Positions 1-13,239 of a DNA stretch of 64,000 nt are shown here, one piece after another. Origin of the DNA: Octopus sinensis. Its lineage: Eukaryota. Under the pieces are notes generated by a model that was given only the letters and a program-made list of their open reading frames with translations, made no database searches and was not told the origin of the DNA. The stretch's first letter is position 1. Every line of letters starts with the position of its first letter. The translations under genes and the position numbers were made by a program. The stretch is taken from NCBI RefSeq assembly GCF_006345805.1, contig NC_042997.1:129394001-129458000 (forward strand). Reading direction: 5' to 3'.

Positions 1-351
1 CTGTCCAATTTAGATGACAGAGCAAACATAAAAGGCTTGTGATCAGTATAAATCACAAAATCTCAGCCGTTGAGTTGATGTTCAAAATGACGAACCAACA
101 GGTAGATCGCTAAGAGTTCACGATCAAACATACTGTAACAACATTCAGCTGGCTTTAATTGATGAGAAAAGAATGCCAAAAATGCCAAAGGTTGAGTTTG
201 ATTATCGACGGTAGGTTGTAAAACGGCACTGATGCATCAACTGTTAAAGAGAGACAAGCATCAGGAACTGGATGCACAAGCAAAGGAACAGAAGCTATTT
301 CCTTCTTGATTGACTCCAAAGAAGATAATACCTCGGCAGATAAAGTGATTT
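1..351 (-). mobile_element. Decayed Ty3/Gypsy pol fragment: RNase H domain
   Basis: Minus strand reads LLVHPVPDACLSLTVDAS / AVLQ...QPLAF..FSHQLKPAECCYSMFDRELLAIYLLVRHFEHQLNG*DFVIYTDHKPF, with the DAS, RELLA and TDHKP motifs. It has a frameshift and a stop. Confidence 0.9.
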
Positions 352-352
352 T

Positions 353-740
353 CTTTTATTCTTTTATTTGTTTCAGTCATTTGACTGTGGCCATGCTGGA
401 GTACTGCCTTTAGTTGAGCAAATCGACCCCAGGACTTATTCTCTGTAAGCCTAGTACTTATTCTATCGCTCTCTTATGCCGAACTGCTAAGTTACGGGGA
501 CGTAAGCACACCACCATCGGTTGTCAAGCGATGTTGGGGGTACACACACACACACACACACACATGCACATATATATGAAGGGCGTCTTTCAGTTTCTGT
601 CTACCAAATCCACTCACAAAGCTTTGGTCTGCCTGAGGCTATAGAAGAAGACACTTGCCCAAGGTGTCACACAGTAGGACTGAACCCGGAGCTATGTGGT
701 TGGTAAGTAAGCTACTTACCACACAGCCACTCCTGTGCAT
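353..740 (-). mobile_element. tRNA-derived SINE family A (octopus-type; internal (CA)n/(TA)n microsatellite)
   Basis: A/B-box-like head (TGGCTGTGTGG...GGTTCAGTCCT) and a body shared with more than 10 copies in the window. Confidence 0.85.
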
Positions 741-950
741 GTCGCTTGCTATGAGCAAATCATCCACATAACTGAATGCACAGTCAAGTCCACAGACAAC
801 TTCATCAATAAACCTCTGGAATGTACTCGTTGCATTCTGCAAACTGAAGCTTGTAAGCAGGAACTTGAAACTTCCAAAAGGGATGGTAACTGCAGTTTTT
901 GTAATGTTGTCAGGGTTCAACCAATGAGCTTCAACACTGTTTCCAGCTAC
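741..950 (-). mobile_element. Decayed Ty3/Gypsy pol fragment: reverse transcriptase core
   Basis: PDNITKTAVTIPFGSFKFLLTSFSLQNATSTFQRFIDEVVCGLDCAFSYVDDLLIAS; YVDD at 759-770. Confidence 0.92.
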
Positions 951-1546
951 CCAATTTGACTCACAAGGATGTTTTAGAAGACACTTACCTACACTGTGGG
1001 ATTGAGTTCAAAATAATGTGATTGTGAAGCAAACTTCATAAGTGATAATACTTTTCTTAAATAAGCTATCATTGATTTAACTTTCTCTACAACAGTTACT
1101 GACTTTACCTTCTCATTTCAAAAGCTGATATGGTCAGCCACTTGACATTGGTATATCATATATTATTAATATTTTGGGGTTGAGTTGATTCAATCAATTA
1201 TGTTCCTTTATCTACAAAACTGACAGGATACTAACTCAAGTTCTGCCCAGAGCAACTTTACATTTCCTTTTTCTTGGATTAATAACTTACCAGCTGATTA
1301 CTGCATTATTTAATCAGCTTCACCACTTTTTAAAAAATTTATGACTGCAAGGCTTGTAAGAAACTCTGATCAATAAATAAGCAAAACATCAGAAAATTAG
1401 ATAAAAACTAAATATTTGCAAGATAATAGTTCAAAGATAACTAGGTTATGTATATATATATAAAAAGAAACAATTTAAAATAGAAAATGAAAAGAGAGCC
1501 ACTGATATAACTCAAGCCTTCTTTACAAATTAGGTACTAAGTTTCT

Positions 1547-1777
1547 AAGGCAGCGAACTGGCAGAAACGTTAGCACGCTGGGTGAAATGCTTAGCGGTAT
1601 TTCTTCTGACGCTACTTTCTGAGTTCAAATTCCGCCGAGGTTGACTTTGCCTTTCATCCTTTCGGGGTCGATTAAATAAGTACCAGTTACACACTGGGAT
1701 CGACATAATCGACTCAATCCATTTGTCTGTCCTTGTTTGTCCTCTCTGTGTTTAACCCCTTGTGGGTAGTAAAGAAA
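1547..1777 (+). mobile_element. tRNA-derived SINE family B with a Deu/Nin-like central domain, 16-bp TSD
   Basis: Head TGGCAGAAACGTTAG...GAGTTCAAATTCC; core GACTTTGCCTTTCATCCTTTCGGGGTCGATTAAATAAGTACC. Flanked by TAGGTACTAAGTTTCT at 1531-1546 and 1778-1793. Confidence 0.8.
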
Positions 1778-2029
1778 TAGGTACTAAGTTTCTGTTATTT
1801 TGTCTTCACAAGGATAATTTGCCAGGCACAAGTACTAACAGGTTCAAGTCCGGTCATTGGGTCCCTTGCTGTTTAATGTTTTTAATTTATGTATATAATG
1901 AAAACCCTCAGCCATCAACCAGGGGTTCTCCCTGTGACCAGAGTTTGGTTTGCCAAGACCCTCCAGCTCCCTTTATATTGTGTTACATGCATTTAATCAG
2001 CCATGCTCTTGTTTCCAGTCCATGCTTTT

Positions 2030-2290
2030 ATGTCATCAATTCACAGGTGTCTTTGATGCCCTCTTGCTCTCTTCTCCTCTACACTGCCAGTCAAGATGGT
2101 CTTGGGTAATGACTCATAGTGCATTGTATATTCAAAATATGATAGATTTGTGGACTTAATTCTCGACAAGTATCTTTGGATTTTCAGGCTTTTTAGTTCT
2201 GTAGCATTTGTTACCCCATCTTTCCAGTTTATTCTGACAAATCTGCAAAAGATCCACACCTCAAAGGCATCTGGCAGTCAAGCATAAGTT
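2030..2290 (-). mobile_element. RTE-clade LINE 3' fragment
   Basis: MWIFCRFVRINWKDGVTN...YFEYTMHYESLPKTILTGSVEEKRARGHQR resembles the RTE post-RT C-terminal region. Confidence 0.75.
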
Positions 2291-3040
2291 AGTCAGTCAA
2301 TCAGTCCTAGGAAGTGGGTGAAAGCTTTTATGAAAGGTGCAGATTTTATCATTGAACAAAAATGATCATTAAAATATTAGTAGTTAATTAAAAACTCAAC
2401 ATTATTTTACATCTTTAATTACCTGTTATGGATTCTCTTCAAACAAGTGGTATTAATTTATGCCTCTTTATATCCTGAGTTCAAATCCTGCTGAGTCAAC
2501 TTTGCCTTCTGGGATCTATAAAATAAATATAGCAGTCAAGGACTGAGTTGATATAACCAACAACACTAATTTTCAAATATGATGACTTGTATCTATGTTA
2601 GAAATTAATATATTACTGGTGCAATTTTACTAATGCCAGAAATTAGAAAAACAAATTTGACCAATGAATATTACTCAGAATGTTGGAGTATGAAGCTAGA
2701 TATTGTTAACCATTTCTGACAACTCACTTCCTTCATAAATGGTAAATACTGATAAATGATCCCTAAATAGACTGACTATCTCTCTTTCATCAATACATTA
2801 TTGTTTGATTTCCCTCTTAGTATCTCTGTCATTCTCTCTCTCTCTCTCTCACACACACACACCACATTCATCAGAGATGTTCTGTATGCAACTGAAGCTG
2901 TACATCAAGGATTTGTGTACATAATCATCAAAAGACCCACAAAAATGATGATCATCAAATTTAATAATAAACAACCATAAGCAGGTGAGCAAGATTGTTC
3001 CTGTAAGTTCTGGAAATTAAATCACTTTGATAGGTTTTAA

Positions 3041-3274
3041 CCCTCTCAGACCAGTGTCCCTGTGTCTAACTTTATCCTCCACCTGGGCTCCTGAGCAAAA
3101 AGATAAATAAACAGTTGCATATACAGCTCAAGAGTAATGGTTGCAGGTAAACTAATGGATAGATTTGACTGCATTTGTTTTTCTACATATGTTTATCATT
3201 GCTGATTTATCAGGAATCCAGTGGAGATGACATTTAACCTATTCCTACTAAAGCAGGAATACTGTGTGACAGGG
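3041..3274. mobile_element. piggyBac-like MITE
   Basis: TTAA|CCCTCTCAGAC ... GTGTGACAGGG|TTAA: imperfect TIR with TTAA on both sides. Confidence 0.55.
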
Positions 3275-3779
3275 TTAATCTTTTATTGACATTCTATTCA
3301 AGGAAAGGTTCAGTTCTCTTTATTCAAAAGATAGGATAAATCTCAATGAATGCTTGAGTGGTTTTTTTGAATGACAATAACAGGAACTCTGGGAGAGGGG
3401 TGAGAGTGATGGATTAGAATTATTTATTGTCTTTTTGAGAGCTCAATTGCTTAGGGATTTTCTGAATTTAGATTTAACATTATCAGTAATGCTGCTACAA
3501 CTTATAATTTTGAGAAGTTTAAATTTATGTTAGGGTAGGCTACAGTCTTTATTTCACTCAGAAGAATCAGAAAGAATATTTATTTGGATAGATAATGAAT
3601 TGATAGTTTGAACTCCTTTGCACAGACAAAAATTTTAATTAATCAGCTAATGAACCATAACTATTTTTAAACTGGTACTCTTAGTTAGGGTGTTGAACTA
3701 TTTGATTTAAATATATAGTCCGTCAACTACTTTTATTAGTTAATATCCTCCACTACTTGTAGCCTTGGCCAGAACTCTA

Positions 3780-4640
3780 GGCACTCTTGATCTCTTTCTC
3801 ATTCATAAATCCAGCCATTACTGTGTCATTACTGACTCTTTCTCATTACTTAATAAAGTTGATACTTTTCAAAACTGCCAACCATACAACAGTCCTTTTT
3901 CCACATGTCCCCAGGTACTTCAAATTGGTTAACTATTCGGACCTCCACCAGTTTTATGTTAGCTGCTTAAGACAGTGAATATGCTTCACTTGTAATTCAT
4001 TTGAAATTATTTAGTCCATGACCAATATTATCCTCCAAGGCATGTCACACAAACTTTGGCAAAATCAGTGTTGTTGTTCTTGACATCAGCAAAGGTTTTG
4101 ACCATGTCAAGCATGAAAACCATCTAAGCTGCTCACCCATAGGTTTCATTCTTCTTTCAGCTTAGATAAGAGGTTTTCTGTTAGATGGTCACAAACAGGG
4201 CTCTTCTTTTCTTACATTTTTCCTTCAGAAATTCAAACTGAGCATCAACCATGCTGAAGTCACTGGTCAGTGAAAACAAGACCTAGAATCAAGCCATAAA
4301 TTCTCAGTAGCCAGGTCCATACTATACATAGATCATGCTCATGTCACACAGTCTGTCCTGATTAGCAACCTATCAGCTTGCAGTGATATCATGCCATATC
4401 ATGAACATCACCTACAATGTTCTCAAATTTCTTGTGCTTTTCTTAGTATAAGGCAAAAACCTGTCAAGAACAACTCCTGGGGTTTGAGTGCCACCAGAGA
4501 ACACACATCCTCACCTCTTGCCACAAGCAATCAGAGAGCCACCTAGTATACCAGAAACAGCATCAAATTTTCCTTTGTTGAATCCAGCTAGAAATTAAAG
4601 GAACTCCTCTTCATAATTGCAAACCAACTCTTTCCTGCTT
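3780..4640 (+). mobile_element. Highly decayed Jockey/CR1-like LINE RT region
   Basis: FGKISVVVLDISKGFDHVKHE at about 4065-4125 corresponds to the LDISKAFDRVWH motif; frameshifted. Confidence 0.6.
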
Positions 4641-4662
4641 CTTGAGCCTTACTAATCATTAC

Positions 4663-4798
4663 CAGGGGCGGACCCCAGGCACCCCTCAAAAAAGGGACTG
4701 TGCCCTTCTAAATTATGTTATTACGCCCATTTCACCTGGAATTGTATTCCTTTCTGACCTTGTGCCCACTCTTCAAAAAATTCCTACGACCACGCCTG
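4663..4798. mobile_element. Small TIR element (MITE), superfamily uncertain
   Basis: CAGGGGCGG...CCACGCCTG imperfect termini; ATTAC on both flanks. Confidence 0.45.
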
Positions 4799-4921
4799 AT
4801 TACTATGTATATTTGTTATACTGAAGCTCATTTCTAATCGCCTATGTTTCTACCAACAGTCATTAGAAACTTATGTAATTAAATACGATAAATATCATTT
4901 ATTGTGTTATGTTCATATTGT

Positions 4922-5042
4922 TCACATGGTTCTGAGTTCAGTCCCACTGCGTGGCACCTTGGGCAAGTGTCTTTTACTATAGCCTTGGCCCGACCAAACC
5001 ATTGAGTGGATTTGGTAGAAAGAAACTGAAAGAAGCCAGTCG

Positions 5043-5092
<50 letters not shown>

Positions 5093-5332
5093 CGCGTGCG
5101 TGCGTGTATGTATATGTTTGTGAGTTTGTGTTTGACCCCCCCCCCCCAACATCGCTTGACAACCGATGCTGGTGTGCTTACGGCCCCATCACTTAGCGGT
5201 TCGGCAAGAGAGACCGATAGGATAAGTACTAGGCTTACAAAGAATAAGTCCTGGGATCGATTTGTTCCACTAAAGGCGGTGCTCCAGCATGGCCGCAGTC
5301 ATATGACGGAAACAAATAAAAGAATTAAAGAG
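4922..5332 (+). mobile_element. SINE family A
   Basis: Same body as 353-740 with a (TA)n(TG)n core; 5' head slightly truncated. Confidence 0.85.
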
Positions 5333-7745
5333 TATGCATAACACACAGCCCAGTTTACACTAAGCAAGTAATATACCAACGAAACATCCCACTGTGACAC
5401 CTGTAAAGGTCATGGACTCAACCTTCCCTAACGAGAAAGAATGTGTTGAGTAAGTTATTCATATTTTATAGGCATAGGCGTATGGTTGAGAAGCTTGCTT
5501 CCCAACCATGTGATCTTGGGTTCAGTTCCACTATATGGCATCGTGGGCAAGTGCCTACAGCTATGAGAAAATATTACTTTGCTTGGTAACAGGTAAAAGC
5601 AGGTGACATGAAGGGCATTCAGTCGTAGAAAATCTACTCAAGAAATTCTGTTTGACCCATGCAAGTAAAAAAATATGAACGTTAAATAATGATGACGATG
5701 ATACTTGGTAAAAATCACTATACGCTTTTAATGTAGACTTCTTTTTTTCACGAAAAAATAAAGCGGTAGGTGGTATTTATCTCTGTAAATTTATTAATAG
5801 ATAACAGCTAAATTACCACGTATACCAAACAAATATTTTTAGATGGAAGTGTAAATATACCATCAAGACCCAAACGTAGAGTATATCCACAACCTCTGCA
5901 GAATTAATGACGTTTATTTAAATACTTATAATGAGTCCCTGAAAGATAATAAAAGCTTGCTTAGTATTTTGTGGTCTCTTAACATAGCTTTCTAGTTCCT
6001 TAGTAGGCACAGGTATATATGATACAAAAGGCCTATCAAATCGAAACTGTTATCACGATTTCACTTCACATGCGATTGATGCAGAGCTATGTCACAAACG
6101 AAAGTAATATAAATTTTTATGTGCGTATACGCACATGCAAACATTGAGGAATCCATCTACACATACGTACACGCATTCACGTGCACGCACCCCCCCTCAC
6201 ATACATATACACACAGAGTAATGATAGATAGGTTTCCGTCAGAGCACCCTGTATATATTGTGTTGAGTAACATACGGTAAGCTCGAGAAATCATACATAG
6301 TCGATAGAACAGGCATTATGATGTCAGTAAAGTCAAGGTCCCGTCTTTTTTTGTGTCTTCGACTGCTCTAAGCCAGCAAGTACCCATTCACATCATTAAT
6401 ATAAATGGCTGTAGCATCAGAAAACTTCCTTTGGCTGCCACCGGGAGACTGAATTGATGGTAAGTTTCACTATTTCAACACGAATTCAGAACAAAAGCTT
6501 TTTAATTTCTGGTCAGTATGTCTTATACCTGTTATTTTATTGCATCTTTATATTATCACTCTTCCCAAATTAATCACTTTTCTGAATGATGTTTTTGTTA
6601 TTTTTTTTACATGTAAACAAGCTGCAGGAGTGTTATTTATATAAATATATATATATATAACAGTGACACATGTTTAAGATATTACATGTGTTTGTTTATT
6701 AATCTCCTCGCATGTGTGTTTATATATATATATCGCTTATTTATAAACGTAATTTGACTCGTTCTCATCTGTCGTATTTTTCTTACAGTTAAACTCTAGT
6801 ATTTTCCCACCTACGTATAGTAATGCTCAGAGTTGTGAATACTTTTTACAGTATTACAATATCGTAACGATCATTCATGTGTAAAGAAACTCAGTGTGCT
6901 GTAACACTTTTTCGGTTATTCTTCCCAGACAAGATATATATCGGATGGAGCACTATTATTCTTGTTAATTACATATTTTATGATTACAAAAAGAAAAAAA
7001 ATTAAAATGCTGGGTAACATAATTGTTGAAGTGTTATTATTTGTGTTAGAACATAAATTGACGTTCGTCTTCGTGTTTCGGTTTCAGTATGTATTTTATT
7101 CAGTCCGCCCCTCTTCATTAAATATTGATAACGAAAGTAGTCCCAAATCCAGCAGTCCCCTAATACCGTCGTTAGACAATGAAGGGCAGTGCATATGACT
7201 CTTTTCTGGACCTACGAAATTAGTGGGTAAAGAGGAAGATGTTTGTCTCAGGCCGGAGGCTTAGCGCGATTAAGTGGACTCTGCTAACAACATCTGTGGG
7301 TCAAATGGTCATGTAGACCTTAGGAAGTGTTGTCTAGCCTTTAGTCATCCTTGAATGAGCAGACCTCTGATTAAAAGAATTCCAGTCATGAACATGCATT
7401 GTTTATTTCAGATATCGTAAATGGAGAACTCCATTATCGAATGTGTCTTTTCCTTCTTTAAAACAACATGAAAACGATTTAAGGAATATTTATTTTGTCC
7501 GTTACGTTACGTTTTAGTGGAGTTAAAGATGGCAGTTAAAATGTCTACTAATAATTTGGCTTCATACTTTTATTGTTGTGAACAATCTAAGATAACTCGG
7601 ATTGTTTCTGTAAATCATGATTACTTGGATAGCACCTACAAATAGCAGTTGTGTAGCACCAGGTAATCCTTGATGGAACAGTTCTTTGATACGCAGATGG
7701 CCGAACGGCAAGGTGCGACATACAGACCCATCTATCCAACTAGAT

Positions 7746-7936
7746 CAGTGTTCCGCAACCTTTTTTTTCACTTGCGGTATACGGTACTTATATTCTTTTC
7801 GAAATTCGGCTGCACGCCTGATCTAAAAATATAACTAAAAACATAAGGAAAAATTATATTCCGGTCACATTGCGGCAGACCGAGCATCGTCTCGTGGCAC
7901 ATCAGTGTTACATGGCATACCGGTTGCGGAGCACTG
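7746..7936. mobile_element. hAT (Charlie-like) MITE with a perfect 8-bp TSD
   Basis: TIR CAGTGTTCCGCAACC / GGTTGCGGAGCACTG (one mismatch); TSD AACTAGAT at 7738-7745 and 7937-7944. Confidence 0.9.
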
Positions 7937-9619
7937 AACTAGATGATGGCCATAGAAGTACTGCTTCTGTACTTTATCAGCATAAAGGATGAAAGGTAGA
8001 ATTAACCACGATTGGGTTGAATATAGAGTACAGAGAGTTTGAGCAAATACTGCTAGATAACCTACCCAAACCAGCTAATTCGTCTGTGTGTGTGTCTTAT
8101 TTCAGTCATTAGACTGCGGCCTTGCTGAGGCACCACCTTGAATATGTATATATATAATATATACGTTATACATGTGTGTGTGTTGTATATCATCATCATT
8201 TAACATCTGTTTTCAACGCTGACTTTGGTTGAACAAGATTGTCTTGATCTGTATCAGCTTTTATTTGGAGTTAATGATCTAGACGGATTGGAAGACCATA
8301 ACTCACTCATACATTTCAATTTTGTCTTGGCTTTCTATGGCTAGATGTCCTTTTTGTCTCCACCACTTCACAAGATGTACTGGCTGCATTTTATGTTGCA
8401 TCAACAATAGTGATGTTGCTTTGCATCCCATAAGACAAGAGTTTTTACTACTCTATAATGTGTTTATTCATTTAAAATAACGTGTCTGAAAAAGTAAGTG
8501 AAAGAGTGAGTGAAGATAGAAGAATCAAGATGGAGTTGGAGTGAAGGTTGTAAGATTATGAGGTAAAAATAGTGATTGTAGGAGAGTGGTAAAAGCAGAG
8601 AGAGTGATGGTTAGTAATAGAGGTGGACAATGGTAAGAATGAGTGATAGATACCAATAGTGAGTGGCTTGGGGGAAGGGAAGTAATGACTGGCAGTAGAG
8701 AAAGGATGAACAGCTATTGTCTTTCTTAGTTGCACAGGCAGAGTAAGACAGTAAATAGAAGAGAGGGCATGCTAATATTATACCTGCTTCATTTCTTTCT
8801 GCATCCAAAGCCAAAAGTCTATCATGCATTGCATTCATATAAACATTATTCATGTTCCTTCACTCTGAAGGAGAAGTCTTTTGTTGCTAAGAGAAGTAGA
8901 AGCTTCTAGAACAGTCTGGTTTCTGTGTTCATTTTAATTAGATCACTTAACAAAAGCCATAAATTATATGTAGAGGTTCCTAGGCATTTGAGAGAATGTG
9001 TACTCTGTGAGCTCTTAGCCCTTATTGTTCCTGTGCAACCCTGTATATGATTAAAAAAGTTTTTGTCTTGCAAGTACTTGGTGACCCTGTCAGTGCATGT
9101 GCCACTTAAAAGCACCCAGTCCACACTGTAAAGTGGTTGGTGTTCAGAAGGGCATCCAGCAGTAAAAAACCTTGTTGAAACTGACCTCGCCTGTGCTTGG
9201 GCCATGTAAAACGCACTACTCACTTCTCTTGTGCTTGTGCTACATAAAAAGCACTAAGTCGACTTTGCTGAGTGGTTGATGTTAGGAAGGGCATCCAGCT
9301 GTAAAAATTCTGCCAAAACCATCAGAGAGGTCTGGTGCAGGCTTCGGCCTGGCTAGTTCTTGTGAAACCATCCCACCTATGCTAGCATGGAATACGGACA
9401 TTAAATGATGATGATTTGTTTCACTAGAAAGATGGCATCAACAATACCTCTTTCTTGTACAAAACCAGACTGCATCTTACCTAGGTTATGTTATCAATTA
9501 AACTACAACTCTGGATCTTTCATTATCTGGCTTAACAGTCTGACACCTCTGCAGTTTTCTACATCACTCCTTGTATATGACACCTTCCTGTACTACCTGA
9601 TTTGCTATGCAGATGAGTA

Positions 9620-11070
9620 GTCTATAACCAACTCCACTAGAAATTTTAAGCATCTTAGCATTGCTGTCAACTTAAATGGTTGATCTACCTTTTTGGTTAA
9701 TCTTGGGGAGACTGTCTTTCTCCCATGCATTTTCCTCATTCAACAAACTTGAAATACTACTTCCTTGCCTCTTTCTTTTCTGTGTAAATATGAACAAGTG
9801 TACACACTTTTCTTCAGCACATATCAATTTTCTTTCACACATTGCTCTGCACTTCAGAATATGTCTTATCTTACAATACTGGTGAACGTTTCACTTTCAG
9901 CTTCTCCTCTTGCTAGTGACTCTTCTTACCATTTGATATTGCTCTTTGCTGCTCCCTTTCTTCCAATCTTTCCAAGTCTATCTCTTCATGGCTCTATCTT
10001 GAGAATTATCTCACTGCCATGTCACTCTTCTTTTGCTAGGACTTTGCACCATCCACAGATCTGGTTTGTTGCCCTCAGTAGATAGTCTTGTATGAACTCT
10101 TTGGTATAATTTTCTATCTCCTCTTTCTGTCTTGTTATATATGTAAATAAGTATGTTTCTAAACTTTTGATTTACTATGTGGATAACTAGCCAGGAATTT
10201 TAAGCACCTTGGAGATAATTCCTGTAGAATCAGGTGTCTTCATATCCTTTCGTCCTGAATAACTTTTATTTTTGTCTAAGTCTTACTCTGAAGTCACTAA
10301 CCATTATCTATATTGAGTTGTACATTGCTCATTGGGAAGGACACACATATCTGTTGATCTCTTGTCCTGGTGAGTTAGTAGTATATTTTAGCTTTTATGT
10401 TCAGTTTTTGTTTTTCTTCGCTCATTTGTTCCCTGTTATTCGTTCATATTTTGTACATTCAGCAGAGCATGTTCACTTCATTTTTTTTCTAGTCTTTGCA
10501 AATCCTCTGTGTTTAAGGCCCATATCTCGATACCATTCAGCCTTGTGCATCATATACAGGCTTCATACAATCTGCTTTTCGTCTATTGTTGGCCACCCAA
10601 GGTTATAGTTCTGTAAACTTTTTTCAATCAGTTCTAACATTGGCAACTATGCTTTAGAGCATGTACCCCACTGTGAATTAGGTCACCTAGATAACAGAAG
10701 CTATCAACTACGAGTCTGTTTTGCATGTGCTTTTAGTACTTATTATTGACATTGTGCACCTACTACATGCAGAGTCTACTTCTTTGTTAACTTGCCTGTG
10801 ATTCTACTTCACCTCCTGTGCATCAGTTTACACTGAATATGCCACTTAGGATTCCTACTTACTCCTTTTCTACACACCAAGCATGGCCCTTTCTTTCATG
10901 GTTCAGAGTCCTGTCTTTTCTACTACTTACTAAAACTTTAGTCTTTGCTCAGGTTATATTAAGGCACCTTGATTCTGGGTTTTGCTTTCATGCTTGGAAT
11001 TTCATTTTTAATTGTGCTATCGATTCAGCTGGCTTGGTGAACAATAATGAACAGAAGGGAACTGAGCCCT
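9620..11070 (-). mobile_element. Decayed, rearranged RTE LINE segments
   Basis: Minus-strand remnants LLNEENAWEKDSLP, AKTKVLVS, CLVCRKGV and DSFCYLGDLI with many stops and frameshifts. Confidence 0.6.
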
Positions 11071-11743
11071 GATAGCCTTACCTTCTACTGTGGCTCTGGG
11101 TCGCTCAAAGCCTTGCGTATGGTGTTAGTAGACTGAAAGAAAATGTGTGTGTGTATTTATATCTCGCTCATTGTAATGTGGTTGGTGTTAAGAAGTGCAT
11201 TTACTCATGGAAACTAGGCCGATAGTGAAATTTAGGAGTAGATGTGCACCAAATAGGAGAGCAGAAATGACTCATCTAAACCCTGCCAGAATGTAATGGA
11301 AAGTGGGTACACACAGAGACTTAATGTTCCGTGTAATTCGAGAATATTGATATTAAGATCTTTATCTATTTCTTGAGTTTTTTTCTTTTTTTTCGGGCGT
11401 ACCAACATTCTCCGAGACTGATTTGAAGCAGAATGGCTCTGCTTCATTAAATTACATTCAAATGAATTTTTTTTTTACACAGCACATAATAAAGCAGCTG
11501 TAAATTCTATGAGCCTTTCCCTTCACAACAATTTCGATACATAGTATTTTTGGCAATAGTCATGTAGTATTCTTGGCTGTTAGAATAGCCTTATTCTATC
11601 TTAGGTCATTATTGATTCTCGATATGCGCTTTATTATTGATTTTGTTCCCTTTTCTTATCGATATTGTTAATAAGACACATCGTGTGCTTTGGCAACTAC
11701 CTCGGTTTTTGATAACTGATACTGTCGACATGTCTTTTAATGT

Positions 11744-11797
<54 letters not shown>

Positions 11798-13239
11798 CTT
11801 TTACTTGTTTCAGTCATTTTGAGTGCGATCATGCTGGAGCACCGCCTTTAGTCGAGAAAATCTATCCCAGGGCTTATTCTTTGTAAGCCTGGTACTTATT
11901 ACGTCGGTTTTTTTCCGAACCGCTAAGTTACGGACACGCACATCAAGAAACTGAACTTTTGCTATCTTGAAATTAAAAAAAATAAAAACCACAATGTAGA
12001 CAATTTGTAATCTGTGTAGGTAACACTAACAGCAGACTATTTACCATATAGATATCAGTATTTAAAATTTCAATAAATGGTTAAATATCGCAGTATTTTC
12101 CCTATCATTATGAGATGCAATTCTATATTCAAAACAGTCCTAATTTCAATAGATTTTTCACTAAATAAACGGCAACGCCGTAGCCTGAAATGTAGCGACA
12201 CTGACACTCCTCTTTCTCCCTTACTCACACACCCATCTTTGATTTGATCATAACGGTTAATGTTTACATTAACCATAATATCAGCGCCCTTATTACATGT
12301 TTATCGTAAAAAAAAAAAAAGAGTGGGTGGTAAAACAAAAATGCAGTGTTAGAAAAAATTCTTTTAAAACACGAAAAAGTGAGTAGCCCGTCATCCTAAG
12401 TTTGCTCAATCAGAATTGGGGTGGAGCCAAATGACAAATTTTTCTTCGAGAAATGTCAGGTAACACATCATTTAATGACAGTATTATCCACACTTTGTTG
12501 TTGCGAATGCTCGACCATCACTAGACTCTTAAGTGTAATTTACAGCAATTGAAAAGTAGCCGCAAAAGTAACAGGTTTATTTCGTCCTTGACACACAGAA
12601 TGCTAACTATTGGATGGCAAAAATTAGAAAAAATGCCCACAGAGAGTATAAATAAAAATTGAAAAAAATCGGTGTTATACTGCGAGATCGTCAAATGATC
12701 TGATGGAAATGTATTTCTCTCCTTTATTGTTTTAAACATATATTTATATAATATAAATATATATCATTTCAACGTTGTATCTGGCTCGAAACTCGGAGAA
12801 AACTCTCCTGTAATTCCTAGTAAATATATCATCTATTGAGCACTTCCTCATTCATTTGTAAACTATAATATGCATATAAAATATTCAAGTATTCGACAAT
12901 AAACTATTAAGTCTATTTGATTACAGTCACGTGTAAACATGACCAGATAAAAAGAAAGAAAAACCGGGTAACATTGGGCTTACTATCTACGGATGTCAAT
13001 AAAGGTCATAATATTGAATACTAATACTGTAGGCGTCAGTAATAGTTATGAAAATACTTGACTCCCGACCTTTTCCGTTATAATAATAATAATAATAAAA
13101 TAATGAAATTATTGTATACAGTGCTCAGGTGCACCACAACTTGTCAAAAGTGCGTGTTAATTTAAAGTAGAAAGTTTATATATACATTTTTCTTGTCTTT
13201 CGTCCTTTTCATATAGTTTGCAGAATAAGATTTTAGATT

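Noticed and set aside
414-5341. Recurrent short ORFs (MTPGLILCK..., [17 protein letters not shown]) here and at 19882, 29264, 41360 and 53269
   Set aside because: These are translations of SINE A and its microsatellite, not a gene family.
11424-11446. 8-bp hairpin TGAAGCAG-N7-CTGCTTCA after a T-tract
   Set aside because: Too short to be significant in 64 kb, and it does not match histone stem-loop, SECIS or other known RNA motifs.
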